From the NCBI GenBank assembly GCA_051294375.1, contig JBJCIZ010001288.1, positions 1-8,717 on the forward strand: a DNA stretch of 8,717 nucleotides, written 5' to 3'. The position numbers were made by a program, and so were the translations under genes. This DNA is from Paraspadella gotoi (Eukaryota > Animalia > Chaetognatha). Each line of letters begins with the position of its first letter. The first letter of the stretch is position 1. The notes under the pieces are model-generated. The model saw only the letters and a list, made by a program, of their open reading frames with translations, ran no database searches and was not told where the DNA came from. Below are positions 1 through 8,158 of the stretch, piece by piece.

Positions 1-390
1 GAAGAGGGGGATGGAGGAAGAGGAGAAACAGATAGGAAGAGGAGAAAGGAGAGGGAGAGGAAAGAAGGGGAAATAAAGAGAATGATAATTAACTGAGAGG
101 AGATGGAGGAGGAGGAGGAGGAGGAGGGAGGAAAGAAGAATGAGAAAAATTAAAATAATGTGTAACTAAAAAGAAGGAGCAGAAGAGGAGAAAGACGAGA
201 GAAGAGAGAAAGAGAGGGAGGGAGAGAGAGAGAGAAGAGATTAGATTTTGGGAACAAGGATGAAAAAGGTAAAAAGATAAAATTAACAATTAAAGGAAAA
301 AGAAGAAAGATGAGGAAGAGAAGGAGGAGAAGGAGAGGAGAGGAGAAGGAGGAGGAGAGGAGGAGGAATATGAGGAAAAGGAGGAGGAGG
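1..390. repeat. Purine-rich (GA/GGA/GAA) low-complexity tract, open at the left edge of the window
   Basis: The + strand is almost entirely A/G, with (GAG)n runs at about 106-126 and 321-390 and short AT-rich interruptions. It explains the Leu/Ser/Phe/Pro ORF 89..289(-). Confidence 0.95.
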
Positions 391-900
391 CTTCTCCCCC
401 TGCTTCCCCTAAAATACGTAACCCAAAAAATTTTTTGAAGGAAAAGTCAGTGAGATGACGAGAAAATCACGAGAGTTGAAGCGCGATGCCATTGATAATG
501 CCACCTGGCCGGCTGGCACTGCCTGCCTACTTGCCCTTGCCACTTTCTGTAAAGTCTACCATCCGCAGTTTAATTAGGAAAATATTTTTTCTAAAAGAAA
601 AATCTATGAATTTTTAGAAGTCAATATTAATTTTATAGCACTTTTTATTATTTTTAAAATTTAGTTTTAACATAGTAGTACAAGCAATTATACAATTCTC
701 ATATGTATATAAATCTTTAAACATACTTAGATCTCGCAAAATTATTTTCGTAAATAAATTTCAAACAATTTTTTTAATGTTAATTCTTTTCATAAAATTT
801 AATTTTGGAAAGATAAAGTTTTATGCTTTTTAAATTTCGTTGATAAACACAAAAATATTTATCTTTTACTTTAGTCCTCTTTTCAGAAAGAGGGAAGCAG
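1..900 (-). repeat. Arm A' of a ~900 bp inverted duplication (partner 2868-3766)
   Basis: The reverse complement of 841-900 (ctgcttccctctttctgaaaagaggactaaagtaaaagataaatatttttgtgtttatca) aligns to 2868-2933. The reverse complement of 481-570 aligns to about 3218-3306, and that of 1-106 to about 3652-3766. The match is colinear with many small indels. Confidence 0.93.
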
Positions 901-964
901 TTTAATTTTACCCTGGTCAACTTTTTATCGCTATTCACTTCGGCTCATCTTACTATTTCTTACC

Positions 965-1046
965 TATTATTATTATATTATTATTATATTATTATTATTC
1001 ATTATTATCTATTCCCATTCATTATTATTGTTGTTTATTATTATTA
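965..1046. repeat. Imperfect (TTA)n microsatellite
   Basis: tattattattatattattattatattattattattcattattat...attattattgttgtttattattatta is read directly from the sequence. Confidence 0.9.
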
Positions 1047-1210
1047 ACTTGAAAAAAAAAATATAGTCTTCCTTTCGTCATTAAACTCGATGTTGATTAA
1101 GCGTTTATGCTTCAGCGACAGATCCGAGCAGATAATGTCACCGCATGTGGCAACTGACGTGGCAAAATGTACGACTCGCGTTACAACGCGATATTAGTTA
1201 TACAAATACG

Positions 1211-1291
1211 GGATAGAGAAGAAGAACGAGGAGAGAGAGCAGAGAGAGACAGGAGAGAGCGAAAAAGGAGACGAGCGAGCAGAGAGCAGAA
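1211..1291. repeat. Short (GA)-rich tract
   Basis: gatagagaagaagaacgaggagagagagcagagagagacaggagagagcgaaaaaggag...; it accounts for the R/E-rich middle of ORF 1167..1454. Confidence 0.85.
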
Positions 1292-1924
1292 TTCAAAGCC
1301 GGCATCCTTAGCCGACCCACTCACAACAGACACTGCACCAGTGTGGTCTGGACGCCTCTCGTGGACACATGTGTCACCGCCATGCCGCCAGGATTACGTG
1401 GTTGCGGGATTGAAAACACACTCGCCAGAAAATCCTGAGATAAAAAAGAACTAAATATACCGAGGGTATGTACTCAATTCGTATTTCTGAAATGTCTTTG
1501 AAACATCAAAGAATTTCGCTAAATAATTGACTAAAAAACTTACCTTTGGCTCGATCTTAGTCAGTAAGAAAATAAATCTACTTTAACTAAAAAAACTGTC
1601 TATTGGATTTGATATCCTTTCGTTTCTAACTTTTTTCCGTATCTTCTGTCCATACAAAAAATTCTTCTCACTTCAGGGTGTCAGTTCTACTCTATCACAC
1701 GGCCAGGTCGTTTTCATTGATTACCATGACGCCTCAAATTCCACCCAACTCGACGGCTGATCCACCCGTGACTTATTTCCTCTAAGTCGAACTGCCTACC
1801 GGGAAGAAGTAGAAGTATGATTCTGTACTTTCTAAATGCACAAAAATTTGTTCATTTCTCATTATGATGCTACTCTTAAACTTACTCTCAAACTTTTTAA
1901 AAATGAGAAACGCAGCTTTCCTAT

Positions 1925-2016
1925 CCGCTCTCTCTTTCCATTAATCTCTCTCTCTCTCTCTCTTCTCCCTCTCTCCTCCTCTCAGTCTCTCTCTCTCCTC
2001 TCATCCTCTCTCTATT
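1925..2016. repeat. (CT)n-rich tract
   Basis: ctctctctttccattaatctctctctctctctctcttctccctctctcctcctctcagtctctctctctcctctcatcctctctct is read directly. Confidence 0.88.
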
Positions 2017-2038
2017 CTATGTTCCTCCACGCATTTAC

Positions 2039-2855
2039 GAGGCGCCGTGACATCTTCCATTGACGCTGGAGCACGCAAGGACGGCAAACCAACACGGTGA
2101 AATGAAACTAGATGGCATGAAGTGCAATACCGAGGAAAAATGAAAATGAGATGACGGCAAGTAATTTTATGAAATGAGGTGCAGAAAAACGCGTTAAATG
2201 AACGTACACATCTTTGTCACTAATACAGCTTAAATAACGTCGCACTCCACTCTCGTCTAATGCTTCTATCCAATCTGTCTATCTAAAGTACTTCTAAAAT
2301 ACCGTCACACAGCACTTATGTAGCCGCCCGCACCATATCAATCCGATATGAACAACATCATCTAAGCTGCTTTCAATACTCGTAAACTCTCAGATAAGAA
2401 GTTGCTAGCAATGAAACAGAACAAAACCAATTCAAACACAAATGCCAGTAAACATAAATTTACTAGAGAAAGATATCCTTATTCAACCCAATCATCTACG
2501 ACGGAATTAAATATTAAAACTAGAATAAAAGCAAAATTAATTAGTTCGAACAAAGTTGAACAAACCGCCTTGGAATAGAAAGCCCCTCTCAAAAGAAACT
2601 GAAGCAAAAAATGAACAGTGAGCATCGAATGAGATAAATGAACTGAAATTAAGGCAAAGAAACTGAAGTGAGATCGAATGAGATAAGTGAACAGAAAATG
2701 TAAGCAAAGAAGTGACAGTCGAGAGATCGACATGACGATAAATGACACTCAAAAAGAAAAATGAAAGTTTTTTGGTGGAAAAGTCGAGGTGGCAAAGATA
2801 TATCAAAAATCGGAGCACACAGAATAAATGAACTAATAAATAAATAAATATGTAT
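2039..2855 (+). repeat. Copy B1 of a ~0.7-0.8 kb direct duplication (partner 7473-8158); the C-rich version
   Basis: Shared anchors in the same order: ggtgaaatgaaactaga (2096/7516), aattttatgaaatgaggt (2163/7576), atctaagctgctt (2360/7727), atatccttattcaa (2473/7831), gcaaaattaatta (2531/7881), aaagtcgaggtgg (2780/8087) and atgaactaataaataaataaata (2828/8131). Confidence 0.95.
2600..2760 (+). repeat. Three-copy minisatellite inside B1 (about 49-53 bp per unit, inflated by insertions)
   Basis: The core atcga(a/c)atga recurs at 2624, 2673 and 2726. The unit is approximately aagcaaagaaatgaagtgagatcgaatgagataaatgaaagaaaat. Confidence 0.85.
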
Positions 2856-2867
2856 CAGAACTAATAT

Positions 2868-3766
2868 GGCTTCCCTGCTTTCTGAAAAGTAGCGACTAAG
2901 CTAAAAAGATAAATACTTTTTGTGTGTTTATCACCCGAAATTTAGAAAACTAAAACTTTATCTTTCCAGAAAATTAAATTTGTAATGAAAGAATTAATAT
3001 TAAAAAAAATTGTTTGAAATTATTTACGAATAATTTTGCGAGCATCTAGTATTGTTTACGATAAGTCCTATAAACTAGAGAATTGTATACAACTTGCTTG
3101 TACTACTATGTTAAAACTAAATTTTAAAAAAAAAAAAAGTGCTATACAAATCTAAGTATTGACTTTCTAAAACATCATGCATCAATTTTTCTTTAAGAAA
3201 AAATATTTTCCTACACAAACTGCGGAATGGTACTGAGCCTTTACAGGAAAGTGGCAAGGGCAAGTGGAGTGCCAGCGCCAGGTGGCATTTATCAATGGCG
3301 ATCGCGACCTTCAACTCCTCGTGATTCTTCTCGTCATTCACGAACTTTTTCGCTTCAAAAGAATTTTTGGGTTACGTATATTACTTTTAGACGGGGCTAC
3401 GCTTCTCCTCCTCCTTTCCTCTATCCTCTCCTTCATCTTCCTCTTTCTTCCTCTCTCCTTGTTTCTTTCCTTAATTGTTAATTTATCTCTTTATTCCTTT
3501 TCTTCCTGTTCCCAAAATCAATCTTTCTCTCTCCTCTCTCCTCCTTTCTCCTCTCATCCTTCGTCTTTCTCCTCTTCTCTCCTTTCTTTTAGTTACAGAT
3601 TATTTTAAATTTTTCTCATCTTCTTTCTCCTCCCCTCTACTCTCCTCCTCCTCCATCTCTGCTCAGTTAAGTTATCATTCTCTTTATATTCCGCCTTCTT
3701 TCCTCTCCTCTCCTTTTCCCCCCTCTTCCTACTGTTTTGCTTCCTCTTCCTCATCATCCCGCTCTC
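2868..3766 (+). repeat. Arm A of the inverted duplication (partner 1-900, reverse complement)
   Basis: Examples: gtggcaagggcaagt (3251-3265) matches acttgcccttgccac (529-543), and ctcagttaagttatcattctcttta (3662-3686) matches taaagagaatgataattaactgag (74-97). The pairing probably continues beyond the left edge of the window. Confidence 0.93.
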
Positions 3767-4430
3767 TCTCTCTCCCTCTTCCCCTCTCCCTCCCTCCTCC
3801 TTCCGCCTCTTCCTACCGCCTCTGCCCTCCCTCCTGCCCCCTCCGTCCTCCACCTCTCCACACCTCCATCCCATTCTCCATTTCTCCGTCCTCCTCTGTC
3901 ACCTCCCCCTCTTCCTCCCCTGCCCCTTCTCCCTTTTTCCTCTCGCACCTCCTCCCCCACTCCTTCTCTCCTACTCTCCCTCTCTTCCTCTCTCCTCCCT
4001 TCTCCATCTCTCCCCCTTTACGCCATCTCGCGTCCCCTCCTCTCCTCACCTTTCCTCTCCTTCCCTTCGCTCTTCCTCCCCTCTCTCCTTCTCGTCCTAC
4101 CCCCTCTGCATCCTTCTCGATATCCTCTCCCCTCTCTCCTCTCTCTCCCTCTCTTCTCTTTCCTCTCCATCTCTCTCCCTCACTCCTTCTCTTCCTCTCT
4201 CCCTCCTCCCTTACGCCCTTCCTTCGTCGTCCTCTTCTCTCTGCTCCTTCCCTAGCTGCCTCTTTCTCTGCCCACCCTCCACCCTCATTTCCTCTTCCTC
4301 TCTCTTTCTCCTGCTTTTTCTATCTCCCCTCACCACTCCTCCTCTCCCCCCCCCCCCCTCCCCTCTCCCTCTCCCATTTTCCATCCCCTTTTTCTCCCTC
4401 ACTCACGTCTCCTCCCCACCTCTCTCCACC
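3401..4430. repeat. ~1 kb pyrimidine-rich (CT/CCT/CTT) low-complexity tract
   Basis: The + strand is overwhelmingly C/T. This produces the stop-free Leu/Ser/Pro ORFs 3475..4467 and 3737..4255 and the Gly/Arg/Glu ORFs on the minus strand. Confidence 0.95.
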
Positions 4431-5589
4431 GTCTTCGCGCAATTGTTTCTACAAGAGGCATATTTGACTTTTAAAGTCCGCAAAAAACGTCAGCGACTTA
4501 AAATGGCTTCTTGATCGTATTTTTCGAGGTTTTTGAGTTGCGTGCGCCGCGAATATATTAGGTGGAGGTAACTGTGTAAACCTTAAAGGTCACTTTTCGT
4601 GCGGTCAGTCGTCTATGTCTGTCCATTGGTTGGCCCGCTTATATTAGTTGGGATGTTGAGGTTGTGTTTAACACAGGAATCAATCTAAACAAATTAAGGA
4701 ATGCTAAGCTACTTTTTGGTTTATCAAAGAAATTATAGAATTAATCAAAGAATCAAACAGACGAGATTCCAATGCAGGCGCGGTGTCGAATATTACAATG
4801 AATACATGATATATTGGTTAATTCATATTATACCATTGGAAATATATCGGAATAACGCAAGTCACCTCGCGGACGCAAGCACGTCAATTGGAATTCCCTT
4901 TCTTTTATTCTTAGCTTTATTTAGTTATAAATATTAATGTGTACAATACGCGTGTTTATTTTCTTTGGCAGAAGAGAATTTATACAAAAACTTAAATAGT
5001 GTTTGTTCAAGAAACATACATTACATTACAGTTAGAACGGATTAATTCAAAATATAGTGAAGCTTTTACGACCGAACGTTTGAACAATCTCTTTTTTAAG
5101 CCAACAATGGAATTGTCTTTTTGCCAAAGGGGCATAGTTTTTATTTTAAGTTTTAATTTTTTGTTACTATTACTATTAACTTATATTGATTACTTTTACT
5201 AACTATTCACAGATATTGATTGATCTTCCAATTCGATAATAGATTAGAATAAAATAATCAAGACAAACAGCGAACCCTTAGGATGAGCGAACAGAAATGT
5301 GGCGCTTTTGCAAGAAATGAGGCCAGTTATATTACTCTGTATCTCAACGCACGCAATGTGTCCAGAAACATAAACTATAGTTCCGCGGAGATAATCTTAC
5401 TGTATTTATATTCAGCTTTGTCTGCGGAAACGTATGTTGACGCCAACTGTTTCGTCCAACAGTTAGGTTAACAATTTTTCTGTTTTACGACTTTTTTGTC
5501 TTCTCGTTAGCTGATGTTTTTGCCTTTATCTTTAACCGACACCAAATTTGTTGATAAAAAATCGAGAATAGAGCAACAAGCAAGAAACA

Positions 5590-6125
5590 AAAGATCTTCG
5601 TGGTGTCTCATCTCAAGTCTTTTCTTCTCTTATCTTCTTTTCTTTTTCTTCTTTCTTATCTTTATCTTCTATCTTTTACTCTTTGATCTTTCTTTTCTTT
5701 TCTTTTCTTACTTTTCGTTTCCTTATCTTTTCTTTGTCCTTTTCTTTTCTTATATTTCCTTTTTCTCTCTTTTCTTTTCTTTTCTTTCTTTTCTTTTCTT
5801 TTCTTTTCTTATTTTTCATCTTCTTTGCTTTTCTTCTCTTATATTTCATTTTCTTTTCTTTCAGTTCGGTTCCGTTCCGTTCCCGTTCCGTTCCGTTCCT
5901 TTTCTTTCCTTTCCCTCCCTTTTCCTTCTTTCCTTTCCTTTCCTTTCCTTCCTTTTTCATTCCTTTCTGTTCTTTTCTTTCCTGTTCCTTTCCTTTTCCT
6001 TTTCCTTCTTTCCATTTCTTTTCTTTTCTTCTCTTATCTTTCCTATTTTCTTTCTTTTCTTTTTCTTCTTTTCTGTTTCTTTTTTTCTTTTCTTTTTCGT
6101 TTTCTCTTTCCTTTTCTTCTCTTTC
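5590..6125. repeat. T/C low-complexity tract built from pentamer-like units (TTTTC, GTTCC, TTTCC)
   Basis: ttttc-type units lie at about 5630-5860, (gttcc)n at 5864-5899, tttcc-type units at about 5900-6010, and then ttttc again. This explains the Phe/Ser/Leu ORFs 5514, 5683 and 5825 and the Lys/Glu/Arg ORF 5676..6200(-). Confidence 0.93.
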
Positions 6126-6520
6126 AAACAACGCTGCCGACAATAATGATCCGTCCCTCACAGTACGACGGTAAAATTCTTCAAAATGAAAAAACTCCAA
6201 CTACGGTTCCTCATTCATTCTTGTTCGGACAATTTTCGTTCGTCCGCCATCCAAATTTAGACGAAAAGTGTTTCCTTAGAATCCCCGCTATCGGCCTTTT
6301 CGATGCCAAATTGCCGCTTTTGTTCGATCCTCTAGCATGTGAACCGCCATCCACGCGAAGAACAAGACCTCGCCGCCAATTGCCCCTTGTTTTGATCTAC
6401 CCCAAACGGGATCACTTTTATTCTTTTCGCCAATAGAAAAAAGGGGAAGAAGCCGTAAATGTTCTTCTTCATTGACAAACCCTTTTCGTCGAATTGCGTC
6501 ATCTGGGTTCCTGTATTTTC

Positions 6521-6585
6521 TCATCTATCTCTCTCTCAGAAGTTCTCTCGATCTCTCCTTCCTCCACTCTCATCTCGCCTCGCCT
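6521..6585. repeat. Short CT-rich tract
   Basis: tcatctatctctctctcagaagttctctcgatctctccttcctccactctcatctcgcctcgcct is read directly. Confidence 0.6.
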
Positions 6586-7379
6586 CAAGACAAAGCCAGG
6601 TGGTTGTCCCATCCCCAAAGAATTGGGATATTAAGCGTCGAATCTCGTCTCACCGACATTAACACAACAAACAACTTCCTTCTGCCCTCAACTATTTGCC
6701 CTTTTGTTTTTCCTTCTCCCGCGATCATGCGCCTCTATCGTAAACTTTAAAAGAAATTACGCCAGGCAGATCATCACCGTCTAGGCCTTCACGTCCAGTT
6801 CTCTCGCCTGTTAGTCATCATCGGATACGCAATTTTTTATTTATTTCGTTGGCTTGTTGTCTTATCTGTCCCTTTGGTGCTCCTGCTTTCCTTGACGTTA
6901 TTTTTTTGCCGAGATTGCAGAGAGGGACAATTTTCCGTTTTGGTTCTCGACGCGCTTGCATGAGTTGAGGACGAGGCCGGACCATTCAAAACGCGAGGAC
7001 AATAAAAAGGCACCGAGAGAAAAGGAAAGGTTAGGCAGGGAAAGGACGGAATTAAAAGGGGCTTAGACGCGGGACAGCAGTTGCAAAATTCGCAATGGTA
7101 AGACGAAATATGTAATACAATTGTAACAATGTATATTATACAACGTCCACGAGGAAAAATTAAAATCAATGCGTACAACCATTATGGGCAAATGCAAATG
7201 CAATAATGCACTTGATAGCCAAGAATAATGCTCCGCCAGAATAAATAGGAGAATTGTCACGCCTGCTATGATCAATGCGCCATGGGAGAAACCAGACGTC
7301 CGGGGTAACATACCGAAAGAAGGGATCTATTACTCGCGTGGCTGGTTCTCATGGAAAGGAACAAAAACTGACACACGAT

Positions 7380-7447
7380 ATAGAGCCAAAGCCATAGAAG
7401 CCAAAACACCATAGAAGGCCAACACCATAAAAGGCACCCATTAGCAG
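7380..7447 (+). repeat. Degenerate ~16 bp tandem repeat running into the gap
   Basis: Units: atagagccaaagcc / atagaagccaaaacacc / atagaaggccaacacc / ataaaaggcaccc / attagcag, followed by the Ns. Confidence 0.7.
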
Positions 7448-7472
7448 NNNNNNNNNNNNNNNNNNNNNNNNN
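7448..7472. other. Assembly gap of exactly 25 N
   Basis: There are 25 consecutive n. The B2 duplicate begins at the first base after the gap. Confidence 0.99.
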
Positions 7473-8158
7473 GAGGCCTGAATCTTCCATTACGTGAGAG
7501 AAGGAGGAAACCAAAGGTGAAATGAAACTAGATTGGATGAAGTGAAATGAGGAAAATGAAATGAGATCCGGATAGAATTTTATGAAATGAGGTCAGAAAA
7601 GCTTAAATGAAGTAAATTTTGTCATAATAGCTTAATAAAGTGATATTGGTCTAATTTTATAATTGTTATTAAAGTATTCTAAAATAGTACAAGACTATGT
7701 AGCACGTATCAATAGATATGAAAAATATCTAAGCTGCTTCAATATGTAAATAGATAAAAGTTGCTACAATGAAACAGAAAAAAAAAACAAATTAAAAAAA
7801 ATGCAGTAAAATAAATTTTAATAGAGAAAAATATCCTTATTCAAGAATGTTAGAGGAATTAAATATAAAACTAGAATAAAGCAAAATTAATTATTGAACA
7901 AAGTTGAAAAGTTGGAATGAGAAAGTTAAAAAAAATGAAGCAAAAAATGAAGTGAGATCGAATGAGATAATGAAGAAATAAGGCAAAGAAATGAAGTGAA
8001 GATCGAATGAATAATGAAAGAAAATGAAGCAAGAAGTAAGTGAGATCGAATGAGATAAATGAAAGAAAAATAAAGTTTTTTGGGAGAAAGTCGAGGTGGA
8101 AAGATATAAAAATGGAGACACAGAAAATAAATGAACTAATAAATAAATAAATATTATC
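7473..8158 (+). repeat. Copy B2 of the direct duplication (partner 2039-2855); the C-poor version
   Basis: gaggcctgaatcttccattacgtgagagaaggaggaaaccaaaggtga (7473-7520) aligns to gaggcgccgtgacatcttccattgacgctggagcacgcaaggacggcaaaccaacacggtga (2039-2100). The match is colinear to about 8158, after which similarity to B1 stops. Confidence 0.95.
7936..8070 (+). repeat. Three-copy ~44 bp minisatellite inside B2
   Basis: gatcgaatga occurs at 7956, 8001 and 8044, giving periods of 45 and 43. Confidence 0.9.

Noticed and set aside
400-900. MITE with 9-bp terminal inverted repeats (ctgcttccc 400-408 / gggaagcag 892-900)
   Set aside because: There is no target-site duplication in the flanks, and the second copy does not reproduce the left repeat (ggggctacgcttc at about 3393-3405). 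Nine bp is weak support.
1538-1546. Consensus 5' splice donor AAG/GTAAGT on the minus strand
   Set aside because: It is an isolated 9-mer with no open, recognisable exon upstream, which is within chance expectation for a window this size.
2479-2818. Hydrophobic minus-strand ORFs here and at 7871-8173 that resemble edited mitochondrial membrane genes
   Set aside because: They derive from the A/G-rich minisatellite strand. There are no recognisable cox, cob, nad or atp motifs, and the two copies do not preserve a common reading frame.
2039-2855. Physarum-type C-insertion RNA editing (or G-insertion on the other strand) as an established explanation
   Set aside because: The insertion density is much higher, no ORF is restored, identical repeat units receive different insertions, other indels co-occur, and the partner copy abuts an assembly gap. 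It is kept only as a remote, testable alternative.
900-2868. A single perfect fold-back (missed SMRTbell adapter) centred near 1880
   Set aside because: 900-1880 is not the reverse complement of 1880-2868, and I could not find a convincing adapter sequence in the CT tract at 1925-2016.
3475-4467. 330-aa ORF, with overlapping ORFs 3264, 3737, 3605, 3754, 3813 and 4211
   Set aside because: These are translations of a C/T tract that cannot form stop codons. The composition is Leu/Ser/Pro/Phe, or Gly/Arg/Glu on the minus strand, with no domain and several frames open at once.
5197-5471. Exon after TACTAAC (5197-5203) and cacAG (5212), overlapping ORF 5283..5471
   Set aside because: All three frames stop within about 30 nt of the acceptor, the candidate donor is weak, and the peptide is unrecognised. 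It cannot be fully excluded if the sequence has read errors.
5514-6436. Phe-rich 'membrane protein' ORFs and the Lys/Glu/Arg-rich ORF 5676..6200(-)
   Set aside because: They are products of the TTTTC/TTTCC microsatellite, and all frames are open for compositional reasons.
6288-6524. VWG motif in the minus-strand ORF suggesting a Tc1/mariner transposase
   Set aside because: Only a tripeptide matches, with no DDE/D catalytic context or terminal repeats.
7936-8070. CRISPR-like array (recurring gatcgaatgaga)
   Set aside because: The intervening sequence is also repeated, so there are no unique spacers. There are only three units, no cas genes, and the context looks eukaryotic.
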